A stretch of DNA of 64,000 bases from Acidobacteriota bacterium (GTDB lineage Bacteria > Acidobacteriota > Terriglobia > 20CM-2-55-15). Positions within the stretch are counted from its first letter, which is position 1, and each line of letters opens with the position of its first letter. Where the stretch lies: assembly GCA_003222815.1 (NCBI GenBank), contig QHXC01000418.1:111-64110 (forward strand). The letters run 5' to 3'. The translations under genes and the position numbers were made by a program. This document shows positions 46,123-55,768 of this stretch, piece after piece. The notes under the pieces were generated by a model. It had not been told where the DNA came from and did not search any database. It saw only the letters and a program-made list of their open reading frames with translations.

Positions 46123-47409
46123 ATGCGTAAGCTTTCGATGTTGCTGTTCGTCATGCTGGCGATCACGATTGTTCTAGTTTTGGGTAATGCGTACCGGGCG
46201 GTCCAGGCGCAGGCGAAGACCGGCGCCGGCTTCGCCGCGATTTCGGGAACAAAGGGAGGCCAGGACATCTTTGGACCTTATGACGTCGTGAAGGGATGGC
46301 CGAAAGACATCAGCACGGTGCCGGGAAACGAAAAGTGGACATGGGGCGCGGGACAGAGCGTTTACGCCGAGAGCCCAAACCGCGTCTTTATGCTTTTCCG
46401 CGGAGAGTTGCCCAATATTCGGCGGCCTCAGACCAGGCCGCTGCCGGAGTTCGGTCCGAGCATCCAATTCCCGATAGGCCGCTTGCCGTGGCGCGATGCG
46501 ACGGTCGCCGCGCTGCCGGGAGGGGGCGGAGCCGGAGCGGATCCTGGAGATCCCACCAATGGGTGGTCAGGCACAGTCGGCGTTGACGCGAAGTGGGAAA
46601 ACTGCATTGTCGTCGCGGATGCCAACGGCAACATCATCGAACGGTGGACTCAGTGGGACAAAATTTTGCAGCGACCGCACTTCGTTGCCATCAATCCCTA
46701 TGATCCGGAAAAGCATGTGTGGGTCCTGGATGATCACATGCACGCCATTTACAAGTTCACGCACGATGGAAAGGAACTCATTCAGACCATCGGCACGCCC
46801 AAGATGAAAGGCGCCGATGGTACCCACTTCAACCGTCCGACCTTTCTGGCATGGCTCCCGGACAGCACGATGTTTGTCTCCGATGGGTACAACGGAACGC
46901 GCGTCGCGAAGTTCGATAAGAATGGCAAATTCCTCCTCGACTGGGGACAGAAGGGCACGCCGCCGAACGAGAAGCGCCCTGGATATTTCAATAATGTTCA
47001 TGGCATCGCGGTCGATCCTCAGACCCGGCGAGTCTTTGTGAATGACAGGGCCAACCACCGCATTCAGGTCTTCGATGAAAACGGCAAATACCTGTATGAG
47101 TGGAGCCCTGGCCAGGAGCCGTCCGACATTCACCTGATTTACATCGGCGTGGACCGGACGCTGTGGGCTTTTGACCGCGGGACGTCCAAGATGCTGAAGT
47201 ACGATCTGGACGGGCACTTCCTCTACTCCTGGGGCGTATGGGGGGATTTTGCCGGCGGCTTCTGGGGTGTACACGGTTTCAGCGTGGACCAGGAGGGCAA
47301 CTTCTACGTGGCCGAAGTGGACAGCGGACGGGTGCAAAAGTTCCGTCCCCGTCAGGGCGTCAATCAGGCTTTCCTGGTGAGCAAGCCGGTCTACTCTGCG
47401 TGGAAATAA
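46123..47409 (+). CDS. NHL-repeat six-bladed beta-propeller protein, Sec signal
   Basis: Signal anchor MRKLSMLLFVMLAITIVLVLG. NHL blades (NRPTFLAWLPDSTMFVSDGYNGTRVAKFDKNGK; NNVHGIAVDPQTRRVFVNDRANHRIQVFDENGK). Confidence 0.75.
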   Translation: MRKLSMLLFVMLAITIVLVLGNAYRAVQAQAKTGAGFAAISGTKGGQDIFGPYDVVKGWPKDISTVPGNEKWTWGAGQSVYAESPNRVFMLFRGELPNIRRPQTRPLPEFGPSIQFPIGRLPWRDATVAALPGGGGAGADPGDPTNGWSGTVGVDAKWENCIVVADANGNIIERWTQWDKILQRPHFVAINPYDPEKHVWVLDDHMHAIYKFTHDGKELIQTIGTPKMKGADGTHFNRPTFLAWLPDSTMFVSDGYNGTRVAKFDKNGKFLLDWGQKGTPPNEKRPGYFNNVHGIAVDPQTRRVFVNDRANHRIQVFDENGKYLYEWSPGQEPSDIHLIYIGVDRTLWAFDRGTSKMLKYDLDGHFLYSWGVWGDFAGGFWGVHGFSVDQEGNFYVAEVDSGRVQKFRPRQGVNQAFLVSKPVYSAWK

Positions 47410-47432
47410 AGCTCGGAACAGGAGGCAGTTTT

Positions 47433-48593
47433 ATGAAGCTCGTGTCGAGGCGAACGATCCTTGGCGCCACGGGAGCGGCGGCTATTTGCCTGCTGGCTGC
47501 CCGGTTGGCAGGCGGGCAGGCTGGGTTAGCTCAGAAACCGCAGTTGGCGGAAGAGGTCTTCAAAAACGTGCAAGTGCTCAAGGGCATTCCCGTGGACGAA
47601 TTCATGAGCACGATGGGCGTCTTCTCCGCCGCCCTGGGCATGTCCTGCGAGGATTGCCATGCCGCGAACGACAGCAAGTGGGAAAACTACGCGCTCGACA
47701 CGAGTACGAGAAAGCGGACGGCTCGCAGGATGATTCTGATGATGTCCGCGATCAATAAAGACAATTTCGGCGGACGGCAAATGGTGACCTGCTACTCCTG
47801 TCATCGCGGAGGCGATCACCCCAAAGTCACACCGAATTTTAGCACCCTCTACAACATGCCCGAAGAGCCGGATGACGTTATCGAGCAGGCTCCCGGCGCG
47901 CCTTCGCCCGATCAAGTTCTCGACAGGTATATCCAGGCGCTCGGCGGGACGCAGCGGTTAGCCAACCTCACCAGCTTTGTGGCCAGGGGAACTAGCGCGG
48001 GATATGGGCCAGAAGGAGACAAGCGCCCCGTGGAAATCTTTGCCAAAGCTCCAGGTCAGCGCACCACGATTATCCATACCCTGAACGGAGACAGCACCAC
48101 GACCTCCGACGGCCGCGACGGTTGGATCGCTGCACCGCTCAGACCGGTGCCGGTGCTCGCCCTAACCGGAAGTAGTCTGGAGGGCGTCAAGCTGGAGGCG
48201 GAACTGTCTTTCCCGGCGCAGATCAAGCAAGCGCTTAGCAAATGGCGAGTCGGCTTACCAGCGACGGTTAACGATCGCGAGGTCCAGGTCGTCCAGGGAA
48301 CCGGCGCCGGAGGGGCGATCGCAACGCTATACTTCGACGCGGAGTCCGGCTTGCTTGTCCGGCTGCTGCGATATTCAAGCTCGGTGGTCGGCCGCACGCC
48401 CACGCAGATTGACTACGCGGATTATCGCGAGGTCTCCGGAGTCAAGATGCCATTTCGCTGGACCGTGACGTGGCTGGATGGGAAAGAAAATTTTGAACTC
48501 AGCGAAGTGCAGCCGAACGCACCAATTGACGTGGCGAAGTTCGCCAGACCGTCCCCGCCAACGCCGCCGCCAGTCCGACCCGCAACGCGGTAG
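47433..48593 (+). CDS. di-haem c-type cytochrome, photosynthetic-reaction-centre cytochrome subunit-like (PF02276-like) N-terminal domain + C-terminal domain of unknown function
   Basis: Signal peptide. Two CxxCH motifs (MSCEDCHAAN, TCYSCHRGGD). Surrounding residues VQVLKGIPVDEFMSTMGVFSAALG...RMILMMSAIN. Confidence 0.7.
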   Translation: MKLVSRRTILGATGAAAICLLAARLAGGQAGLAQKPQLAEEVFKNVQVLKGIPVDEFMSTMGVFSAALGMSCEDCHAANDSKWENYALDTSTRKRTARRMILMMSAINKDNFGGRQMVTCYSCHRGGDHPKVTPNFSTLYNMPEEPDDVIEQAPGAPSPDQVLDRYIQALGGTQRLANLTSFVARGTSAGYGPEGDKRPVEIFAKAPGQRTTIIHTLNGDSTTTSDGRDGWIAAPLRPVPVLALTGSSLEGVKLEAELSFPAQIKQALSKWRVGLPATVNDREVQVVQGTGAGGAIATLYFDAESGLLVRLLRYSSSVVGRTPTQIDYADYREVSGVKMPFRWTVTWLDGKENFELSEVQPNAPIDVAKFARPSPPTPPPVRPATR

Positions 48594-48770
48594 CCCTTGG
48601 GTGGGTTGACGCAGTGCTCATTCTCCCACCAGGAGAAGAACGGCCGAAGGGCCGGATAGGGCAACAGTGTACGAGCTAGTCCGTATTTCTGACGGTCCCC
48701 ATGTAATCGCCGGCTAGCCCGCGTTCCAGCGCCGAAGCTTTCTTCAAAGAGCTTCATCATACGCTTCCTT

Positions 48771-49142
48771 CTAACCAGGAACTGTCGCCGTACTTTTTCG
48801 CTTCCCGGCGACCCGTGTCCCTGCCGCGCCTCCGAGTATTTTTAGACCATGAGCAACGATGTACAGTAAAGGCTCAGGTTGGGCCAAAGTCAGACCGACG
48901 TACAACAGCGTGGCAACAACTCCAACCAGAATTCCGTGCAAGACAAAGCGGGACTCAATTCCTCGCCCTACCCACACAGCGAACAAGAAAGTCATCACAA
49001 AAGCGGCCGGGGGAACGGTGTAGCGGGCAGGCCCTTCGCCAAAAAGCAAAACGGCAGGAATGAAGACCGCGAAGATACCCACTTCTGCCAGAAACCCGCC
49101 AATCCAAACTCGCCCCCAATGAATTCTCGTAGAAGTATTCAT
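48771..49142 (-). CDS. small membrane protein (4 TM)
   Basis: ATG at 49142. Four hydrophobic helices. No family recognised. Confidence 0.4.
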   Translation of the reverse strand: MNTSTRIHWGRVWIGGFLAEVGIFAVFIPAVLLFGEGPARYTVPPAAFVMTFLFAVWVGRGIESRFVLHGILVGVVATLLYVGLTLAQPEPLLYIVAHGLKILGGAAGTRVAGKRKSTATVPG

Positions 49143-49441
49143 TTGAATCGCTCGTTCCGCCGAATCGCCCGGCAATTTGCGACCTCGATGGTAATGGTCG
49201 GTTTCGCAAAACCAACTATTCCTTCTGGAGTTCAGGGCACAACCGGTGTTTGAGCCGGCCTCGCAGCCTGCTGACTCAGTACCTGCCCGCTCGGCAACGT
49301 CACGGAAACGAAAAGTCCCACAAGGGCCACTATGCCCGTTCGGCCGATTCGTGACTTGCTCATCGTATCCTCCAAAATTTGTTCTTACTCTAGCAGTGCT
49401 CACTGAGCCGAATAAAACGAAGAATAACCCATCGCTGTCCC

Positions 49442-50299
49442 CTACGAAAGAGAGCTCCGCAAGGCGGATTCCTCAGCAGGACGGGCCCAGTGCGACAAGT
49501 TCGCGAGCCGATAACTCCCCTGCGTCACCATCACGGCGTAGCCTTCCTTCACCAATGCCCGGTTTCCGAGACCAGCATCCGGACGCGACAGGCCCGTAAC
49601 CCGCGCGAGCTCGCCCGGCACCGTGAGTCCGGCGCCGTCCAGAAAACATCGGGCAAGTTCGCGCAGCGCCGTTTGCCGATGGATCTTCCGCGCCAATTCT
49701 TTCGGGAAACGCTCTTCGGCCAGGCCCCAGAGGTAAGTGAACTTTGGTTGATAGACCACTTCGCTCGGCACAACGATCATTGAGGCCTGGAGTTCGTCAA
49801 TCGCACTCGTGAAGACTTTGCGATCCGTCACACCGGACTTGGCGCGCAGATCTGCCGTCGCCATCTCCCACTCCCTGCGCAACACGCGCAGTACGGCGAG
49901 AGCGTTGTTGCTCAAACGCGTCTTCTGCTCGCTTCGCGGCACTCCCCACAGCGCGTTGAAGTAGGGGATCATGCGAGGCGCGAGGAACATCGCTTTGCCG
50001 CGAGGCAGCTTGCCGTAGTAGACGCGTCCGCGACGCAGGATCTGGTCTTTCAGCATCCAGGTGTGGGAGGCTTCCGGGTCCTTCTGCACATTGCGCGGCA
50101 TAACGGCGTCGCGGCGTCCGCAGACGGCCACATAGAGGGACGGACCAGGTCGGCGCGAGTCTGTCAGGCAGGTCGTAAACCCAACACGTTCAATGAAGCG
50201 CTCTGCCTGCTCTGCGGTTTCCAAGCAACCGGCGCCTTCACGCTGCCAACGCGAGTCGCGGTACTCTTCGATTTCATCGGGAATCAGTGGTCTCCGCAT
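49442..50299 (-). CDS. hypothetical protein, possibly winged-helix YcaQ/AlkZ-like
   Basis: Length and loose sequence character only. Low confidence. Confidence 0.3.
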   Translation of the reverse strand: MRRPLIPDEIEEYRDSRWQREGAGCLETAEQAERFIERVGFTTCLTDSRRPGPSLYVAVCGRRDAVMPRNVQKDPEASHTWMLKDQILRRGRVYYGKLPRGKAMFLAPRMIPYFNALWGVPRSEQKTRLSNNALAVLRVLRREWEMATADLRAKSGVTDRKVFTSAIDELQASMIVVPSEVVYQPKFTYLWGLAEERFPKELARKIHRQTALRELARCFLDGAGLTVPGELARVTGLSRPDAGLGNRALVKEGYAVMVTQGSYRLANLSHWARPAEESALRSSLS

Positions 50300-50581
50300 G
50301 ACTCATTCCATAATGTGCGAGAGGAGACGCACATGTCGAACCGGCTGCGTGATCCAGGAGCGACGAGTCACAACGCAAGGAGCGAAGCGCGGCAGCTTGA
50401 GACAAGGTGTGAAGACGATGGGCAGTGAGGTCTTTTGAATTTCAGAGATCCTGATCTCGCCGGACAATTTGCAGCAAACGGGGAAAACAGAATGAGCCGG
50501 AATTCCCCTCCTTTGCCAAGGAGGGGAATTTTCGCTTCGTATAGGTTCATCCTGAGTTAGTCCCGCTTCATGTCACCTACA

Positions 50582-52774
50582 TCACTTACATATCCAGCCG
50601 CCGATTCCCTGCCTCGTGTCATGGCAAGGCGCCACGCTTTCAGGCGCTTCGAGCGAATAGTAAACCTTGAAATTATCGCCCGCCTTTTTATTGAAGTTGT
50701 ACACGGCGATGGGATCCCGCGGCTCCGGATCGTTCGGTGACATCCGGTAGTTCATGGAAATCGCTGCCGGCGGATTTAGCGGGTCCACGGGCACATTCAG
50801 CGGCCCGAAGACGGAGTCGCGTATTACAGCTTTTTTGATGGGGATTCCCGCTTCAGCGCTGGCGCTGTAAACGGTCGCAATGACGGCCCCGATGTAATTT
50901 CGGAAATATCCATCCTCAACGGCTACGGAACCGTCGCCGCGTCCGGGTTCCGCGCTCCGGAAGTCCTGGTAGAAAGGACTCGAAATACCTGTTCGCATTC
51001 CTTGGACATCGGCTTTGCGAACAACGATAGTTTTGGAGACATAGTTAGACAGCCAGAGACCGGCCGGGCTTTCAACCTGACGCGCCAGGATCGAGGTGTC
51101 GCCACGAACCGTGACTCCATCAACGATCAGCTTGTCGGCCGGCGTGGCGGTCAGACCGTGACGCGAGGGATGCCACACACGCAGGTTCCTGACCGTTCCA
51201 TTCCACCCGAATGCGACGCCCGCCTGCATGGCGCCGTACGCTTCATTGTTGTTGAATTCAAGCACAGGGGCGCTTGTCGTATCGAGCGTTACAGTCTGGG
51301 GATCGCGACTCGTGTCGGCGCCCTTGAAGGCGGGAATGTGCACGACGTCGAGTGAACCCGCGGCGAGAGCGAAGCCGAAGGCGTCCGCATTTGCGGCCAC
51401 ATTGTTGCGAATGTAGTTGTTGGGGCCGCGGAACCAGAAGCCCGCGCCCTCACCGCCCGGATCGGGTCCGACGCCAAGATAGCCGCTACGGGGCGCGAAA
51501 TCGCCGGATCCTTCAATGCGCAACGCAAAATTGTGATCGAACACGTTGAAACTCTCGGTACCATCTTCAGTGACGATCCCGGCTCCGCGCGCATTGTACA
51601 CGACGTTGTCACGTATCAGCCCGTAATGACTGTTATGAATCGTGATACCCCACTTCGGCGCACTGTCGACGGAGTTGCCGATCAGCGTGAACTGGTAACC
51701 ACTGGAGGGCGTCTCCTTTGGACCGAAAGCGTGATGGAAGTGAATCGCGTACCGGCCGATCTGGTTGCTGCCGAACCGGACCAATCGTCCGTTCCTATCG
51801 AATTCGGAATTGTCGAGTACGCCCATCCGGGTCCGGCCCATATCACGGACTTCGACATATCGCAGATCGACGGTGGTGTGCGAAATGAAAATCATGTGGC
51901 CGCGAGTACCCGCCGGATTCTCAGACCGAATCACGACATTCCGGCTCACATTGCCCACATGCGGTAGAAACTCGAGTTTCCCGTCGGCATTTCGCGCGCC
52001 TTTGTGGGAATACCGAAGAGGCGCCGACAGCGTGACCTGAGTCGCTGAAATGGACGCAATTCGCAGCTGTTCGTCTTGCGGTTCATAATTCGCGCCACGT
52101 TCGTTTGTGCGCAGCTGGCGCGTGTCCGGGATCACAATTCGATCGCCGGTCATCCACCCGCTCACGGGATCACTCACCATGAGCATGGTGTCGCCAGCCA
52201 TAGGTTCCCGGGCCAATCGCACAAATGTCGGTGATTTCGCTGAACCGTGCATCGTGATTTTCCCAAGGCCTTCGATGCCGGTGCCGATTTGCGCGGGATC
52301 GATGTTCCTGTCAATGGCTTGATCGGCGATGACGATTTCGGCGGTGACATTCGACGCGATAGGCTTGGCGGCCGTCCCAATTTCCAGGTTTCCGTCCTCC
52401 ATCACCATCAGGTTGCCGACCCTGAGCCGGGTGTTTGCATCCGTTGCGAAACGCAGAGCGCCGTTCACCTCGATGCAATTCAGCCTGGCATCACTAACGG
52501 CATTGAAGGTCACAACGTGGCCGGCCTCGATCCGGACCTTGTCGTTTGTGCCGGGAATTTTCCCGGTCGACCAGATTTTCGAATCGGACCACGCGCCACT
52601 GCCGATGCTCCGCACCGTCGGATTTGCGCAGAAAAAGGGAACGCCCTGCGGTACACCGCTGACGGCGGGAGTGTGGTTGTGAACGTCCTGTGCAGTGCCT
52701 GACGTGGGCTGGAAAGCGACCGCGCCGGCTATGAGGCCAACGCTGAAAACGAAACGAAAGATCCGCGTTCGCAT
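50582..52774 (-). CDS. secreted right-handed parallel beta-helix (pectin-lyase-fold) protein
   Basis: Signal peptide. Repeated PbH1-like turns (GITIHNSHYGLIRDNVVYNARGAGIVTEDG..., NYIRNNVAANADAFGFAL...). Confidence 0.6.
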   Translation of the reverse strand: MRTRIFRFVFSVGLIAGAVAFQPTSGTAQDVHNHTPAVSGVPQGVPFFCANPTVRSIGSGAWSDSKIWSTGKIPGTNDKVRIEAGHVVTFNAVSDARLNCIEVNGALRFATDANTRLRVGNLMVMEDGNLEIGTAAKPIASNVTAEIVIADQAIDRNIDPAQIGTGIEGLGKITMHGSAKSPTFVRLAREPMAGDTMLMVSDPVSGWMTGDRIVIPDTRQLRTNERGANYEPQDEQLRIASISATQVTLSAPLRYSHKGARNADGKLEFLPHVGNVSRNVVIRSENPAGTRGHMIFISHTTVDLRYVEVRDMGRTRMGVLDNSEFDRNGRLVRFGSNQIGRYAIHFHHAFGPKETPSSGYQFTLIGNSVDSAPKWGITIHNSHYGLIRDNVVYNARGAGIVTEDGTESFNVFDHNFALRIEGSGDFAPRSGYLGVGPDPGGEGAGFWFRGPNNYIRNNVAANADAFGFALAAGSLDVVHIPAFKGADTSRDPQTVTLDTTSAPVLEFNNNEAYGAMQAGVAFGWNGTVRNLRVWHPSRHGLTATPADKLIVDGVTVRGDTSILARQVESPAGLWLSNYVSKTIVVRKADVQGMRTGISSPFYQDFRSAEPGRGDGSVAVEDGYFRNYIGAVIATVYSASAEAGIPIKKAVIRDSVFGPLNVPVDPLNPPAAISMNYRMSPNDPEPRDPIAVYNFNKKAGDNFKVYYSLEAPESVAPCHDTRQGIGGWICK

Positions 52775-52848
52775 GAGAGAACTCCTTCGTAGGAAATTGT
52801 GATGCTACAATGTCGCTTCGTACTATACATCGCATTAGGAGGTTGAGC

Positions 52849-53256
52849 GTGCGTCAATTTTTTCTGCGAATGTTTCTTTGCAGCATCCTGCTGGCAGTCG
52901 TCACCGGCATCGTCATAATGGCTCAGGGAAAGGGAAATCCGGAAGCCGCCAAGGTCAAGAATCCGGTGGCCGCGACGGCGGAGTCCATTGCCGCAGGAAA
53001 ACAGATTTATACGCGATACTGCGCAGTCTGCCACGGGACTAACGGTCAAGGCGGATCCGGCAGCGACATCAGTCCGCCGGCGCCGGATCTGACGGATGAG
53101 GAATGGAACCACGGATCGACGGACGGCGAGATCTTCGACGTCATCAAAAACGGCGTGCCGCCGGATCTCAATATGGGGCCGTGGAGGGACCGGATCAAGG
53201 ATCCGGATATTTGGAATGTTGTGAACTTTCTAAGGTCGATCGCGAAGAAGAAGTAA
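52849..53256 (+). CDS. class I mono-haem cytochrome c
   Basis: GTG start with AGGAGG RBS. Signal anchor. CAVCHG haem motif, with a distal Met in the C-terminal region. Confidence 0.8.
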   Translation: MRQFFLRMFLCSILLAVVTGIVIMAQGKGNPEAAKVKNPVAATAESIAAGKQIYTRYCAVCHGTNGQGGSGSDISPPAPDLTDEEWNHGSTDGEIFDVIKNGVPPDLNMGPWRDRIKDPDIWNVVNFLRSIAKKK

Positions 53257-53282
53257 GGGTTATTGGGCTAGTGGGATCAGTT

Positions 53283-53433
53283 AGTCATTTGAATGTACAT
53301 ATGACGCCGCACATGGGACATTTAACATTCGACTTTGGCTCTGGCTCTCCCAAATGTCAAATGTGTGATGTCCTATGTACGACGTCACCTGTACTTGTCA
53401 AACGACCGACTGACCAAATGACACAATAGGTAT
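53283..53433. repeat. structured intergenic element sharing TTGTCAAAC / AATGAC / CTGACACAAT motifs with 31195-31275 and 33100-33170
   Basis: tagtcatttgaatgtacatatgac...tacttgtcaaacgaccgactgaccaaatgacacaatagg. Confidence 0.6.
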
Positions 53434-53442
53434 TACATCAAC

Positions 53443-55626
53443 CTACTTCGCTAACGGATCCGGCCTCACCTGGAACTTCACCAGCTTGCTGGTGTTCCCC
53501 TTGCCACCCTCAGCGTGGAACGGTGCGCGCGTAGCAAAGGTTGTGTAAATGGCCTTTCCCTTCCAGCCGGCGCTGGGATCATCAATCCGGCCATCCATTC
53601 CTTTTCCATAGTACCCCATTGGATAGGGCACGCGGAAAGTCAGGAACTTGCCATCTATAAGCGCCAGGAGTCCTTCGGATTCATTCCCGGTTGCCATTGG
53701 AATATTCTTTCCGACACCCAGCATATCGAAGCGATCCACAAAGTTGTAATACGCCGAGTCCGCGCTGGCCGAATCGACGGCTCCTTGGTAGTTCGGTCCC
53801 GGATACGCGTAAAACGCCCAGCCTTCGGGGCACTGCTTACCGGTGGCGGTCGGGCCGTTCAGCGGGCCTTTGCATTTGCGACGGTCGAAGCTCGCGAGCT
53901 GACCACTGGACAGCGTCGTCCAGACGACTCCGTTGCTATCGACGTCCATGCCGCGGGGAGCAAACCCTTGACCGGATGCCTTCGGATCATTAAACGGCAC
54001 GTCGTAGATCTCCGACAGCGCTGTCGCTGGCGGGTTCTTCCCTAGGTCAAGACGAACGAGCGAACCGGGCATGCCCAAAACCGATCCCCAGACCACATTA
54101 TTTTCGACCGGGCTCGGAGCGACACCGTAAAACGGGGCATTGATCCGCTTGTCTTTGGTGGGATTGACCGGCTGATCGATTTCAACATAATCGTCGCGCT
54201 TGCCATTGCCGTTGGTGTCGAGGACGAACACGGTCCAGCCCTGCGCCTTTTGTTCATCACCGGTCTGATCGTAAATCTTCGTATTGAACCAGCCCTCGAC
54301 GGGACCGCCGCCAGTGAACCACAGCGTGCCGTTGTTGTCGAAATTCAAATGGTGCGTGCCGAAGCAGGTGTCGATCGTTATGACCTTCTCGGTTTTGGGA
54401 TCATACATCTGCATCTGCCGGCCGCTTTGTTTGATCGCGAATGCCTTTGCCGATGGATGGTTCGAGCCTTCCTGACAGAAGGGCGAAGTCTGATTTGGCC
54501 GGACTCGCGCCGCGATCCACACTCGGCTCTTTTCATCCATTGCGAAGCTGTGCGCGTTGGCATGGCTCGTCCAGATCACCTCGTCACCCCAATAAGGAGA
54601 TGGCGCCGCGGGTGGTGTGTCGGCTTCGCTGGGCGTCTTCGGATCGCGATAGGTAAGCGCGATCTGCGTTGCCCGGTTGGTCTTCGGGTCTACAACCGGC
54701 ATGTAATCGGCGCTGGCCTCGAGAGCTCCATAAATACGCCCGTTCGCATTGACTGTCGGGTTCCGCTTGTCGCTCGCGATTTCATCATGGAGATAGACCT
54801 TCGGATCGGCCCAATCCCACATCGTGACGACGACGTTACGTTCTTTGCCCTGCGGACGCGCGGGCTCAGCCGACGGCAACTCACCTTTAGCAATCCGGTC
54901 GCTCCAGTCTGCCCACATGGACAGCGCTCGAGCGCGCCCGACCTGAGTGAAGCGGTTGCTCATTCCGCCTCCGGCTTGCCCAGACTGGATGCGTCGATCC
55001 CACGCGTCGATCGACGAGTCGAATGTGCCGAGGGCTTTGGGAATTTCACGCGTCGCCTTATTGCCGATTTGATGACAGCCCGTGCAGCCGTCCGTATTGA
55101 CGATGTTGCGAATCCACTCGCCCTGACTCTTGATAGTTTCCGAAATCCCGTTACCTTTGTCCCCTGTTCCCGGGAAATCGCTCTTGCCTGGCAGCCGCAG
55201 CAACGCGAGCCAATACTGCGCGGGATAATAGGCCGCTGCGGCCTTCTTGTCCGGCGCCGGAACGGCCTTCAGATTCACCGTCTTGCCAGGCGCCGCCTTG
55301 ACCTTCGGGGAATCGACCAGTCCGTACCCACGGACCCACACATCATAATTTCCTTTTGGCAGGTCGGGCACAAGGTAGCGACCTTGATCGTCCGTCACCA
55401 CGCTTTTAATTAAACGGGTTGGCAGATCTCGAGTCTCTGCGATGACCCATACTCCCGCCTCCGGCCCACGTGGACCGGTTACCACTCCGCCTATATCGTC
55501 CTCGTCGATGCGGACCGCCGCTGCCCCAGCGGGGGCTTGTCGGGCGCGCATGCCAGTCATCGAGACTGTCAAAATCACCGCGGGGCCGACCACAATCATT
55601 CCCAGATACAGCACTCTCTTCGTCAT
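53443..55626 (-). CDS. secreted CarboxypepD_reg-like domain protein with a single CxxCH haem-binding motif and large C-terminal beta-rich domain
   Basis: ATG at 55626 with AAGGAGG RBS. Signal anchor. Ig-like CarboxypepD_reg region (VVTDDQGRYLVPDLPKGNYDVWVRGYG). Haem motif TDGCTGCHQ. Confidence 0.6.
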   Translation of the reverse strand: MTKRVLYLGMIVVGPAVILTVSMTGMRARQAPAGAAAVRIDEDDIGGVVTGPRGPEAGVWVIAETRDLPTRLIKSVVTDDQGRYLVPDLPKGNYDVWVRGYGLVDSPKVKAAPGKTVNLKAVPAPDKKAAAAYYPAQYWLALLRLPGKSDFPGTGDKGNGISETIKSQGEWIRNIVNTDGCTGCHQIGNKATREIPKALGTFDSSIDAWDRRIQSGQAGGGMSNRFTQVGRARALSMWADWSDRIAKGELPSAEPARPQGKERNVVVTMWDWADPKVYLHDEIASDKRNPTVNANGRIYGALEASADYMPVVDPKTNRATQIALTYRDPKTPSEADTPPAAPSPYWGDEVIWTSHANAHSFAMDEKSRVWIAARVRPNQTSPFCQEGSNHPSAKAFAIKQSGRQMQMYDPKTEKVITIDTCFGTHHLNFDNNGTLWFTGGGPVEGWFNTKIYDQTGDEQKAQGWTVFVLDTNGNGKRDDYVEIDQPVNPTKDKRINAPFYGVAPSPVENNVVWGSVLGMPGSLVRLDLGKNPPATALSEIYDVPFNDPKASGQGFAPRGMDVDSNGVVWTTLSSGQLASFDRRKCKGPLNGPTATGKQCPEGWAFYAYPGPNYQGAVDSASADSAYYNFVDRFDMLGVGKNIPMATGNESEGLLALIDGKFLTFRVPYPMGYYGKGMDGRIDDPSAGWKGKAIYTTFATRAPFHAEGGKGNTSKLVKFQVRPDPLAK

Positions 55627-55768
55627 GTTGTTTGACCTCCTTCGAGCACTCCGAGAGTTTCCTACCATCAGACCAGTACAGTCAATCTATTTGGAAAGGC
55701 GCGTAAACACTTTGTGAATTGCGCTCGCGTTTGGCATATTGCAAGGCGGCAGCGGAATTTATCCCGAA

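Noticed and set aside
46567-47337. ORF 46567..47337(-) 256 aa
   Set aside because: Antisense to the NHL-repeat gene, which has signal-peptide and repeat support.
54250-55413. ORF 54250..55413(+) 387 aa
   Set aside because: Antisense to the CarboxypepD_reg/haem protein gene. Arg-rich and featureless.
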